Shown: positions 40,346-53,757 of the stretch, in pieces
Numbering within the stretch: the first letter of the stretch is position 1
How the letters are laid out: every line of letters begins with the position of its first letter
Assembly: GCA_951406725.2 (NCBI GenBank)
Contig: OX597830.1
Location: 13,640,001-13,704,000, forward strand
DNA length: 64,000 bases
Source of the DNA: Octopus vulgaris
Lineage: Eukaryota
Direction of reading: 5' to 3'
Position numbers and translations under genes: made by a program
The notes under the pieces: generated by a model
What the model saw: only the letters and a program-made list of their open reading frames with translations
Told to the model about the DNA's origin: nothing
Database searches by the model: none

Positions 40346-40961
40346 TTAAGTGGCAAATATACTTCATGATATTTAATATACATTTTTCATTTATTATATA
40401 CAGGAAAATGAATGGGGTATTTCTCTTGGCGGCTTATGGTTATATATGTGGATCCCTTCTAGGGACCGTAGCCATCCAATTATAGATTATTATTACTTCA
40501 ATGAACTTAGTAACAAACTGGATGTTGCTTTAGCATGTTTGCAAAGTTTCATTAAAATTCGTTTAACGGGTGTAGACGGCAACTTGAAACAAACAGACAG
40601 ACAACTTGCTTATATATATATATATACTAGATAAGATATATATATATATATATAATAATATTTCGCAGAAGTAGCAGAGTGACTCAAGGTCCGAAAGTTT
40701 CGTGTGCTGGTACTTATATATGTGTATGTAAGAATAAACGGATGTAAAGAAGGACGGCAAGAGAGTGTGCCTTTGTGTTTGTCCCCCGCAATGGCTTGAC
40801 AATCGGTGTTCATTTGTTTACTGCATGTATCTTGGCGGTTCTTAGGAATTCTCACAAATAGAAAACTCCAGGACTGGATCGAATTCCTAACTTGTGGCTA
40901 AGTAGTCTGACAGAAGTACACCATACATAAGGTGAATTATGTATATATATATGCATATACA

Positions 40962-40994
<33 letters not shown>

Positions 40995-41055
40995 GCATAC
41001 ATACATACATATACATACATGCATACATACATACATACATACATACATACATACA

Positions 41056-41118
<63 letters not shown>

Positions 41119-41182
41119 TCAGGGTGAGTACTTGATAATTGTAAGCACCTGTATATACCGTTTGGTGGTGTAGGTGGTGGAG

Positions 41183-41550
41183 TAAATTAATCAAAATAAA
41201 AACATGATGCCAAGGATTCAGCGGTACATATGTTTCGGGCCTTTATTAGACGGATTTATAACAATGCATCATGTGTGTCTGTGGCCTTCTTCAGGATTTC
41301 TACATTGAGAGAAGGACGAGATGGACGCTTCATTTTTATGCTGTTGCCGCATTATGTCGTACGCGAATGAGAGGATTTTCACCCCCAACGTAGAATTTTT
41401 GATGTAATACATGTACTTGAGGTAGTAGTTGTGCGCGGCTGAAGAAGGCCACAGACACACATTATGCATTGTTATAAATCCGTCTAATAAAGGCCCGAAA
41501 CATATGTACCGCTGAATCCTTGGCATCATGTTTTTATTTTGATTAATTTA
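41183..41550. mobile_element. Fold-back element with 112-bp inverted arms containing an HHR (inverted PLE pLTR-like)
   Basis: 41183-41294 equals the reverse complement of 41439-41550 with one visible mismatch; 144-bp spacer. Confidence 0.8.
41435..41512 (+). ncRNA. Type I hammerhead ribozyme motif with 51-nt stem II region, intact core
   Basis: gcgg CUGAAGA aggcc...ggccc GAAA CAUAU GUA ccgc; stem I gcgg/ccgc; palindromic ACAUAUGU. Confidence 0.75.
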
Positions 41551-42363
41551 TATATATATATATATATATAATTATATGTATAAACGGACCACATCGCAGA
41601 AACGAACTTGTGTCTTTGAAGGCTGCATCCAAAAGTTTCGCTTTCCAATTCAAGAAAAATCCGGATAATTTTGAATTTTTAGAATGAGTTTCCACTCCAC
41701 TGATCAGTGCTTATATCTACTTCCATTAAGATAGGATCCAGAACGTTCCTGCGTTATACAGCGTTGCTTCCTCTTTTAATTGCTATATATGGCTAGCTAA
41801 TGTTATAATATTATATCATTCTTGAATTCTAACAGAATATATACAGCTTACACGCTTGAACGATAATTAACCCTAATCCATGGGGAATAACTATCCTTTC
41901 TCTGACATAAAATAATAATAATACTTCCACTTCTTGCTTCCATCGAACCTACGTAGAGTATATTTTCATCCAGAATTAAAAAGGCTTTCACACCTGCCAG
42001 CATGGCTAAAGTGTCAATATTGTCTAGCGGCAACGTTGGTGAGCAGCTGATGGCATTGGCAGTGGAAAATATCATAGACCCCTGGATCAAGAACTTGATA
42101 CTCTCTGGGCTCCACTGTCAAATGTCTTGCTGGGTTAAATTTCACTCCCTTGCCTGCTCACACTTAATTTATCGACACAACTCCCCTTCACTTCTCTTCC
42201 TCCTGCATCATCTGCTGCCTCTCATTTGTGTTGGTCGTGTCACTGTGGGTTCTTGTACTGTTTTCAATTCCTGTCCTGCCCTCTGCCACATTCCCAGGAA
42301 GGTCATTGTGTTTCATTCCCTCCACTGCTACTGGAGTGCTTTAGCTGCCTTGATCGCCTTCTA

Positions 42364-42805
42364 TTACCTCACTATTCTCACTGAAATCATTGCCGCACCA
42401 GACATTTTGATATCCCTCATATCGGTGTAGTGTAGAGGTTCTCGTACACTTGTTATTATGAATTTCTTCCTGATACGATTGAACGGATTCCGTACATCCC
42501 AAACCTGCTTAAAAAATGCTAAATGCCCAACCGCTTGCAAAGATGTCAACTCACTATACGCTGTAGTCAGTCACTCGCCTATCGCAACCTAACGCCTAAT
42601 AAAGAAATTATATATTTAGTGGATGTTACAAAAATATACTACAATAGCCAGAAAAGGAGTAAGTCATTAACAAAATCTAATAAAATTTGTAAAATGAAAT
42701 CAGTTACCTGACTATTCTCACTGAAATCATTGCAGTACCAGACATTTTGATATCCCTCATATCGGTGTACTGTAGAGGTTCTTGTACACTTGTTATTAGG
42801 AATTC
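42364..42805. repeat. ~100-bp direct repeat pair (42364-42464 and 42704-42804)
   Basis: actattctcactgaaatcattgc...tacacttgttatta present twice, about 6 mismatches. Confidence 0.9.
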
Positions 42806-43254
42806 CTTTATACACAAGAATAAGTTTATACACAAGAAGGAGAGGTGGATTTTCACATTTCGCATATGACCCTCTCATTTTTTCGAAGAGAAACCACTTT
42901 TAATAAAGAGTATTGCTCTGAGATGCTTGTGTAGGTTATTTGAACTCCATTGGGAAGAATTTGAATTCCCTGTATAGCAATTCACAAACACACACGTTTG
43001 TATGCATGTGTCTTTATTTATATTTATATACATACATATGTGTGTGCATGTTTGTGTGTGTATGATTCGTTAAAAAACAAGACCATGTTCCACTTCTATC
43101 TTTTTTATTACATATTTTCAATATTTTCGTATCAATTTCTAGCAGATATATATGCGTGTATATATATAGGAAGTTATAAATATAAGTAATAAGCTAATAA
43201 ATACTACCTATATACATTTAATGATGTATATATATACATATATATATATATATG

Positions 43255-43406
<152 letters not shown>

Positions 43407-45126
43407 CATATATGCATACACACACAATTGGAATAGTTTTTGACAGTTTTCTTTGAAGCCACTAAAATTCATATTGATGTGCATACACACATTCTTCACA
43501 AGGTTTGTGTTTTTTTTTTCTTCCCCTTCTATTTCCTCACTCACATTGTTTTCATCCCTCACATTTAGACCCCATCTCCGATTAACAAACTTACATCTAT
43601 ACACGCATACACAAGCATGCATAGAAACAAAGAACAATTTACATTGTTTAGCTTATCAACAAGACTCATTTTAATGGAAATATTTGATTGAAATATAAAG
43701 CAAACTGAAAGCCTTTTCAATTTGAAACTTTTTCTAATTAATGGATCTGTACAACGAAAACCCCCACTGGCAATATACTGATCGGTCCTAGCAAAAATTA
43801 ATACTCAATGTAAATAAAATCCCATCATTACTGTAAAACAGTTGGATGGAGTGTATAAACAAATGAAACGGTTCTGTTTTATCTGGCTTTGTTTTAGTTG
43901 TTGATAACAATGCAATAATATTATCATTCTTTAGCAGAGCTTAGCTGACTTTTAAACAACGTGTCCTATTCAAGACGCCTACTTTCAAAAACCCAATAAC
44001 GGTCAGAGGTTATTGGATACTTTACACATGTAACAAAGATATTGTTCTCTTGGGTTTGCGCATGGCTTTCGATAAACAAATATGTAAAGAATAATTAGTA
44101 GAACTGACGTAATTTTTTTCTATAATGCGTTTATTATTTGCTTGCATAGACGCATACATGCATAATATTCACATCTCTACACGTTTACACACATAATTTT
44201 TAATATTTACATATTCATATGTTTACATACTGTATTTACATGCAATTTTAGACGGTTTTATGTGCTTCTTACTTCAAGTAATTTATTGTATAATCTAATT
44301 CCAATACAAGATAACTTTGGGTGTATTCTGAATCGTAAATACTATTTAATATACATATATACACAGATGCACACATAGAAACACACATACACACATACGC
44401 ATGTACTCACACATATATCGGTTTTTCTCTATCTCTTTCGTCCATACACACCTCAAATATATTTATATATAATGGTAATACAATGGACAATTCTGATTAA
44501 CAGTGTATTGGTGTATTATTGCTCTCTCTGAAAGTCTCGCAACAACACTGATATGCAAATGTTCTTAGCGTGTAAACCAAGAAACATTTTCTCTATAGCA
44601 GTAAGCCGTTTTTGTCTCAACATTATAGCATTAGAAATAAATGAAATCTGATGTTGAATGTGTTGATCTAAAATTACATCCAGTCGAATATCTAAACTGC
44701 ACTGCCTTGAATTTAAGATATGTTTCCCACATTGTATTTCATTCATATGTATAAAACATATAAATGACTGGAGGATTCCCTGTATAGACATACAGAAATA
44801 CACACACGGGCATATATCAAACCATTGAGTTCAAACGAGTTCGCAGGAAATTGTATCTAAGATTGAGTTCCAAATTACACAGGGGAGTATTTTATTTAAT
44901 TTAATGCGCTTTCGTCAAAGATATAAAAGCAGATCCTGTCACACTCTTTTGAATATCAAGCAAGTAGGTCTGATCCTCCTTTGGTGGATATCCCGTATGA
45001 AAAGTCGTTAACCAATTACTGCATTAGATGTATGTACGTATGTATGTATGTATGTATGTATGTATGTATGTATGTATGTATGTATGTATGTATGTATGTA
45101 TGTATGTATGTATGTATGTATGCATG

Positions 45127-45176
<50 letters not shown>

Positions 45177-45924
45177 ATGTGTGTTAGCAGGTATTAGATG
45201 GCATATGACCCTTCCATCACATGACCGGGCCTGTACATAGCAGCCCCTCGAATGCTTCTAGAAATAATAGTTCACTCAAATCACATTATGTCATTTTTTT
45301 TCTCTTTTTTTATATAATTCAGATTCAGAAGTTCTTTTAATGGACATAAGAGTCATGCTACAAAGAACAAACCATATCATTTTAATAAATTTATCAACTG
45401 AGCTGAGACACATTCACAAAGTGGATAGCGAAGTTAGCTATGATGATGTTTATTAGCCAGATTTTAATCGAATATATCTCTATCATCTCAAAGACAGGTG
45501 CCTCCTGTGAGGAAGGATAACATTTTGGAAAGTTTACAATTAATCTCTGGCTACATCATCAGCAGAATAAGTAAAAGAACAAAATTGAAACAACTGCATT
45601 AGAATGATAAAACAGTAATCAATTGTGAAAACGGAATATATGCATGCGGATAGAGCTTATGAATAAATGTATTGCACTGGATAATGATATGTGTTAATAT
45701 CATCAAGAGGCAAGGAAAGATCTAACAGTATGATATCTAGAAAGTCTAAGATAACAGGTGAGGAGAAAGTAATCCCGCATCGAATTATTTCGTTGCCAAA
45801 TAATTCAAACTTTGCTGAATATAAACACACCGCTGATGAGACAAGTGCTACGGAAATATACAAATGATAGATAATTAGAAGTTAGAGGGTAAGTTGAAAA
45901 TGAGAAAGCATGTTAACAAAACAG

Positions 45925-46119
45925 CATCAGTCGCAGGTGAACCGCAAGATGCAGGAGGAAAGAGTGAGAGAAAGTTGTGGCGAAAGAGTCAGCAGAAATT
46001 CGCCATTACCACGGAAGCGCGTGGACCTTAGGTGTTTCGCTCATAACCACACATATTGCCCGGTCTGAGATTCGAACTCGCGAGTCCGCTGCTCTAATGA
46101 CTAGGCCATGTGCCTTCAC
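45925..46119 (-). mobile_element. SINE family C, degraded
   Basis: Reverse complement gtgaaggcacatggcctagt..gcagcggactcgcg..gagcgaaacacctaag..caactttctctcactct matches 24076. Confidence 0.8.
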
Positions 46120-46229
46120 TTTGGATATTTTAACAACTGAAAATAAAATGGATAAATATGTATTGGCCAGCAGGTTGTGCCTACAATAATCTCCATAAAA
46201 TTAGGTGAGAGCTGATATTCTCAGTTCTA

Positions 46230-46425
46230 TATTTAAGAGATGAGGAATTGTGTACATTATTTACATTATTTACATTCGACGGATATTTGTCCTCATCTTG
46301 TTTGTTGTTAACACAACGTTTTGGCTGTTATATCCTCCAGCCTTCTTCGTGTGTCTTGGGGGAATTTCGAACCTGGGTCCTCATTCCTATGGTATTTTTC
46401 GATGTTGTTGTTGTTATTATTATTT

Positions 46426-46481
<56 letters not shown>

Positions 46482-46590
46482 GAGGTCACTGCTTGGAATC
46501 GAACTCGGAATCTTGGGGTTAGTATCCCGCGCTCTTAACCCCAAGATTCCGAGTTCGATTCCAAGCAGTGACCTGAACAATAACAACAAT
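46230..46590 (-). mobile_element. Repeat with tRNA-like head, (AAC)n spacer and degenerate HHR, ending in a perfect hairpin
   Basis: HHR-like 46311-46354 on minus: acac ACGAAGA aggcug..cagcc AAAA CGUU gugu. B-box gagttcgattcc. 39-bp perfect stem 46483-46521/46536-46574. Confidence 0.6.
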
Positions 46591-47226
46591 AGGTTTTAAA
46601 AAATAAGTACTGGGATCGATTCACTCGGCTAAAATTTCCTCAAGGCGGTGCCCCTTCGTTTATATTATTAAATTTGTGAATACAACTGTTAACCTTCAAA
46701 TTAGTTTGGTTTGATCTTAATCCGTACTAGGTTTGCTGTCAAGTAAATCAAACATAATTTATTTCTTATTTATGGCGGCGAAAGAAGTGCTTCGGGAATC
46801 GAACTTGGAATAGCAATTCAATTAATCAGGCGTTTGATTTCTATTTTACGGCTGTCGTTAATTCCTACCATCTAGAAAAGGATGTTAATTTATGAGCTAA
46901 AATGGGTTCTTATCCTTTCCCAGCTCGCCACTCTGGTGAAAGGTAGAGAAAAATGTCCCAAGTAAAAGGTATTTCAAGTATCAAAGTTTTGCTTCTTTCT
47001 ATACAATAATTTTATTAAAGTTAAGAAAATTATAATTTCTGCAATATTAGAGAAATTAATGCTGCATATACACCCCCACCCATCGCCTCTGATCTGTTCC
47101 CTTGGAAATCATTGAACCTCGCTTAACGAACGACGGGCGGAAGTAAAGAAACTTATTTTGGTGAGATTAAACTTAATTACATAAGAAATGTATAAACGTG
47201 CATGAATCGGAAGGACACATACACAC

Positions 47227-47267
<41 letters not shown>

Positions 47268-48340
47268 CACACACACACGCTCACACACACACTAACTCAC
47301 GCAGATAGTTATACAAACGCATAAACAGACATAGACAAATATATGAATATACATGAACACTTGCGCGTAACTTCTAAAATACTATCTTATTCTACTAAAA
47401 TACCATGTAACTCCTCTGAGAAAACAGAGAAAAAATATTTGTATGTATTCTTAAAGATGTTAGCCATCGATTATACTCTATTTATCTTGGTTTTACTCCT
47501 AGTACTAATAATTGCACCTAAAACTAGAACTGAACTGACAAATCGACTGAAATTATCTCCTCGTATCAACTTTGTAAATGTCTTTCATCATAATTTTCCC
47601 ATTCAGTATATTTTCTTTCGATATCTAATTAGATTTTCTTAAATTAAGCTCACTCTTTTGACTGTGTAACGAAGCAAAATCTATCTAGTTGTTCTTCAAC
47701 AACACACGTTTATTTAACGGATAATTTAATCTCGGTAAATCTGTTAATTCCTATCATTCTTATGTTTATTTGTCGATCTCTTCAGATTTTTTCGACTGTC
47801 ATTAAGAATAGACACGATCAGCAAGCACCTGCTGTAAGGTATTTCTCCTCCAGCTCCTCTATACAACTCGAGAGAAAGAGCCGAATGCTTAAAGTCTGTT
47901 CATTTAATGCCCCTAACTATATAAACACACGTATTAAAGAATCTGTACAATGTAATCTTTGATATGCGTGGCTTTGTTAACTTTTCTTTTGCTTTACTCC
48001 TGTATTAAATTCCGTAGAATATTGCCCGAAGTGATAGCAATTAAAGCAAACTAATGTTAATAGACGTTAGGCTAAGTTTGCTGCTTTGTAAAGGTGGCGA
48101 TAGGTTTTGAACGAAAGTCTGTAATTTATAGAAATTACAATTATATATTGCCAACTCAACTGGAAGCGAATGTTCTAAAATGAGAAAATGGATTCGGTGA
48201 AAATGATAGAATTTCATTTCGTTTGCCCATGTGACACTAAAGGAATCACAAACCCGCCCCACTGTGACCGAAGGCGAAAAGTTCATCGACTGGAATATCA
48301 CTTAATGCCACGAACAGAGGCATAGTCTTATGGTATGTAA

Positions 48341-48342
<2 letters not shown>

Positions 48343-48371
<29 letters not shown>

Positions 48372-48679
48372 TGTATGTATGTATGTATGTATGTATGTAT
48401 GTATGTATGTATGTATGTATGTATGTATGTATGTATGTATGTATGTATGTATGTATGTATGTATGTATGTATGTATGTATGTATGTATGTATATGCGTGT
48501 GTGAGTGTATGTATGTATGTATGTCTGTATGTACGTATGTATGTATGTATGTATGTATGTATGTATGTATGTATGTATGTATGTATGTATGTATGTATGT
48601 ATGTATGTATGTATGTATGTATGTATGTATGTATGTATGTATGTATGTATGTATGTATGTATGTATGTGTGTGTGTGTG

Positions 48680-48711
<32 letters not shown>

Positions 48712-48729
48712 TGTATGTATGTATGTATG

Positions 48730-48761
<32 letters not shown>

Positions 48762-48793
48762 TGTATGTATGTATGTATGTTTGTATGTATGTA
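48343..48793. repeat. (TATG)n microsatellite, ~450 bp
   Basis: Directly visible. Confidence 0.95.
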
Positions 48794-48982
48794 TTTAAGG
48801 TGTGTTTAAACATACATTATATGCGTATGCTTGGCTTTTTGTTATTGTTTGTAGATATATATATATATATATATACATATATATAAATATATATATACAC
48901 ATATATATATATATATATATATACATGCATATATACATACATACATACATACATACATACATACATACATGTGTGTGTATAT

Positions 48983-49014
<32 letters not shown>

Positions 49015-49913
49015 TGTAGCGGTGTGAGCGTATATGTAACGAAGTATTGATTCTGTATAGATATTTATAGTTTTCGTAAGTAGACGTCTATGGGGATTTT
49101 AAAAATGATGCCCATAAATGATTTTTTTGTGAAAGTATGTTTTGTGTAATATGGCGAGCTGCTTGTACATATAGGTTTATGCCAGCGTATATGTGCACGT
49201 ATGAATGCGCGATTGTGTGTAGATCTTGTTTGAGCATGTGTACGTGTGTCCGGAAATGAATAGCAAACTATAAAAGCGCAGCGTGTCCCCATATCAATCA
49301 GTCAGTTGATTCACATCATTACATGCCAGTGATGATCCCTAAAGAAAATTTGACAGATTGGTGCAGAGTGTATGTGGAAACAGCCATATAAGCTTTCATT
49401 ATCAATCTCTGCTTCACTCTGTTTTGAAGCCTTGTAGCGATTTCAGTGATACATTTCAAAGAACCTGTGCCCATGTCATCCACTATTTACGTTAATCAGT
49501 AGGTAAAGTTTCGCACATAAAGAACAGCTTAAACCTGGTGCTTACAACAATTATGCAGCTATCCAGCAATTTATGACAGACAAATAATAAATAGATAAAC
49601 AAATGAGATTATTCTATGCTGTTCCGTCTTACAGAAATCCCCATGTCTTTCGGGCATGTTTCCACATTATTAACTGTCATAAAAAGCATGATGTTCTAAT
49701 TAGTGATAACAATACATTAGGGGAAATTTTGAAAACCACTGGCCACAAAGCTTTTCAGAAATATTCTCGTAAGTTCAGTGACACACATTTACTTCAATAA
49801 CTAAGAGATTGCGGCATTACCTTACGGCATTACACACACAGAGACACACAAGTGCATACATACAGTCAAACATACATACAAATATATAAAGTGTGTGTGT
49901 GTGTGTGTGTGTG

Positions 49914-50212
49914 TGTGAAGGCGCATATCTTAGTGGTTAGGGTGTTGCGCTCACGATTGCGAGATCGTGCGTTCGATTCCCAGACTGGACGTTGTGCTCT
50001 TGAGCAAAGCTCTTCATTTCACGTTGTTCTGCGATCATTTCGTCATCCGGCATATGCTGCAAGGCGCACCTGTACAGGTAATGTCGATTTGAGGGAGGGA
50101 GTGAGCTTATGTGTACACAAACATTTTATCGCTATAAAACAAAATCACCTGTGTGGTTTTTCGGCAAGAAATTACCGAACCCTCATACGTCGTCTAACGA
50201 CGGGAGAGTCCA
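49914..50212 (+). mobile_element. tRNA-derived SINE related to family C
   Basis: gtgaaggcgcat..agtggttaggg..gttcgattcccagact; tail cgtcgtctaacgacgggagagt resembles 24430. Confidence 0.75.
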
Positions 50213-50214
50213 TA

Positions 50215-50330
<116 letters not shown>

Positions 50331-51856
50331 CCTTCCTTCTTTCCTGAGCGTCAAATAATACTATATTTGTTCCACGTCCTCGCGTTGTTGTGTTTTTCTT
50401 TGTGTTTTCATGTTTGGATTAACTTTATATATATATATATATATATACATAGATATAGGTATTGGCACGTAAGAAGTGTACATTGAACTCATGAAGCTCC
50501 GGTTTCAAACTACTGCACCTAGTCTTGTGTAAAAATTTTATATTAGCAATAGAGGCAGTATTAATGTAATAATTATCGTCACTTAAACGTGGATGAACTA
50601 CACTGCTGTAGAGACCATTAGAAAAAAATCTCAGAATGGTTTTGGGCGTAAAAAACACAGCGTCTGGGAGGGCAATGTTTTGTAAAAGAATTTCTGGAGA
50701 CAAAAAATGTGTGGTGCCTTCTCCTAAAGCCTGCACATGTAATTCAAAATGCTGACTTTGTTACACTCTGGTTTACCTTAAGAGTACCTTGAACGTATAA
50801 GCCACTTAAATTGTAATACCATAACAATTGGCTAGTTGGTAGTTCCCTTGACTGAAGACCTGGAATCCATTGAAAAAGACTTGAAATAAATTAACATACA
50901 CAAAAAGTAGCGTACACATTAAGCCTCTACAACAAGTTTCGGTTTGCATCTATAATATAATGGAGAAAGCTGCTTATTCAGGGATGTAACAGCTACTAAA
51001 AGAAAGCAATTCTTAAAGGCTTGACCATCCGGAAATCTTTTATAAATTCATGTTCCAAGAAATTTCCTGTAATTTCAATTTCTGAAGTTTACTGAATATT
51101 TGAACTAGAAGTTTTATTCTAATTTATTTATTCGTTGCATTCATTGCAGAGTAGATTTCACAAGCAATATTAACACGTTGCAGGCGAAATTTTCCGTTTT
51201 CATTTGCAACACTCTTTCACTCTCTCTCTCTCGCCTCTGTTTTCACTAATGATAATTTAATATATATTAATTTCAATGTTTCCATTTCAAGTTTTAATTG
51301 CTATCTCCAAAAACCAACAGTTTATTCTATATATGTAATGTAAAAAAAATTATTTATTGAATGAATGAATGAATGCTATTAGACAAAATAGTTGTACAAC
51401 TTTGAAGTTTCCATGATACAGTACACTTTTATAATTTAAAAAAAGAAAAAAAGTGATTTCGTTGGTTTGGCTGTTTGGAACGCTTACAATATGTGATCGC
51501 TGCTATTTCTAGCACGCTAAATGAGCTAGGGTTACCTTGAAGTTTCTTTACATTACAGATATATTACAACTACGAATAAATTACTGAAAAAAACATTTAC
51601 CAAGCAAGTGAGATTTTTTTATGAATTGAAGCTTTCAGGAAAATTTACTTTCTGAACTTCCTTTCATTATTGAATGTTTCAAGTTCACAAATTTAAATAT
51701 TCGGTACAAGATAGTTTAACCTTCTTTCGCTTGAACCCGCTCACTTCGTTAATTTCCGTAAATTTTTTTCTTTATTTACATTTTGCACGCCGTGTTCAGC
51801 TCTATACATTTGTAGTCAATTGTATTTTTGTATGTACGCTTGTACACATTTAAGTA

Positions 51857-51917
<61 letters not shown>

Positions 51918-51959
51918 GGAGAGTCAGTGAGTGAAGGAGTGTGTTGTCATGTATATATA

Positions 51960-52125
51960 TAAGTAGCTTGCTTACGAACCACATGGTTCCGGGTTCATTC
52001 CCACTGCGTGGTACTTTGGGCAAGTGTCTTCTACTATAGCCTCGGGTCGACCAAACCCTTGTGAGTTGATATGGTTGACGGAAACTGAAAGAATCCCGTC
52101 GTATATATATATATATATATATATA

Positions 52126-52186
<61 letters not shown>

Positions 52187-52387
52187 ATGTGTTTGTTCCC
52201 CCAACATCGCTTGACAACCGATGCTGGTGTGTTTATGTCCCCGTAACATAGCGGTTCGGTAAAAGAGACCGATAGAATAAGTACTAGGCTTACAAAGAAT
52301 AAGTCCTGGGGTCGATTTGCTCGACTAAAGGCGGTGCTCCAGCATAGCCACAGTCAAATGACTGAAATAAATAAAAGAGTAAAGAGT
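51960..52387 (+). mobile_element. SINE family A
   Basis: taagtagcttgcttacgaaccacatggttccggg...caaatgactgaaat. Confidence 0.9.
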
Positions 52388-52822
52388 ATACATACATAAA
52401 TACATATACATACATCTTTCTGGTACGTATGTGTGCACGAGACGGAGAGAGTGGTGTCTAAGTAACACTCACACATATACACACTCTCTCTCACATACAC
52501 ACACATACACACACGCACACACATGTCCATTTCATATAAACGTACATACAGCTTTCACTTTCTCCTCTCTTTCACTTTTAAACAAAAGTAAATTAATAAA
52601 TGAAAAGAAAAATTACGGAAATTAACGAACAAAACCAGCTGTTCATTTTGGCATATCTGGGGGTTCAACCCAAAGAATGCCGATAGTTTTTTAACGAGCT
52701 TTTATTTAGACCACTTTATTCATTTTATGTTTATTTCATTCATTGTTTTCAATATTCTCTCTGCCCCCCACTCTCTCTCTCTCTCACGCACACACACGCA
52801 CACTCACTGTCTCTCTAATATA

Positions 52823-53406
52823 TGTTTCTTTACTGCCCACAAGGGGCTAAACATAGAGGGGACAAACAAGGACAGACAAACGGATTAAGTCGATTACATC
52901 GAACCCAGAGCGAAACTGGTATTTAATTTATCGACACCGAAAGGATTAAAGGCAAAATCGACCTCGGCGGAATTTGAATTCAGTACGTAACGACTGACGA
53001 AATACGTATTTCTTTATTACCCACAAGGGGCTAAAGACAGAGGGGACAAACAAGGACAGACATAGGAATTAAGTCGATTACATCGACCCCAGTGGGTAAC
53101 TGGTATTTAATTTATCGACCCCGAAACGATGAAAGGCAAAGTCGACCTCGGCGGAATTTGAATTCAGTACGTAACGACTGACGAAATACGTATTTCTTAT
53201 TACCCACAAGGGGCTAAAGACAGAGGGGACAAACAAGGACAGACATAGGTATTAAGTCGATTACATCGACCCCAGTGCGTAACTGGTACTTAATTTATCG
53301 ACCCCGAAAGGATGAAAGGCAAAGTCGACCTCGGCGGAATTTGAATTCAGGACGTAACGACAGACGAAATACGGCTACGCATTTCACTCGGCGTGCTAAC
53401 GGTTCT
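52823..53406 (-). mobile_element. Tandem trimer of SINE family B (~184-bp period)
   Basis: Units 52823-53005, 53006-53189, 53190-53406. Confidence 0.9.
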
Positions 53407-53423
53407 ATAAACACATACACACA

Positions 53424-53757
53424 CTAGATTTAAGTAGCAGAAAACCACCCGTAGGGCGGTGTTTCTGCTCGTATGTATGGTTTTGACTCAAGTCTTACAA
53501 ACCGCCACCCCATTCCCTTATATAAACACAATCCGTTCATAGTTTAGAAATTCTTACCTGTGAAGGTGATTGTGTTTAAGTAGTGAAATAGGTTGTTACT
53601 CATAATGTGTGAATAAAATTTGAGAAATATATGCATATCCTATGTTTGCGATATAGTCAGTCCTTGATTGGAGTGAGGTCTGATTTGTCATTTTATCACG
53701 GCCTGCATACATACATACATGCATACATACATACATACATACATACATACATACATG
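53424..53757. mobile_element. Short Helitron/Helentron (DINE-1/HINE)-like element
   Basis: CTAG next to strong hairpin agcagaaa-acc-accc-gta-ggg-cggt-gtttctgct; (TACA)n at the other end. Confidence 0.4.

Larger units (their letters stand above)
38992..40636 (-). mobile_element. Non-autonomous Helitron-like element
   Basis: Minus strand begins TC..tatatataagcaagttgtctgtctgtttg and ends hairpin ccgg-gaatta-ccgg, ~10 nt, CTAG|t; internal degenerate direct repeats. The 5' end could be 40631. Confidence 0.65.

Noticed and set aside
52823-53406. CRISPR-like regular repeats
   Set aside because: Eukaryotic DNA; the units are whole SINE copies without unique spacers and there are no cas genes
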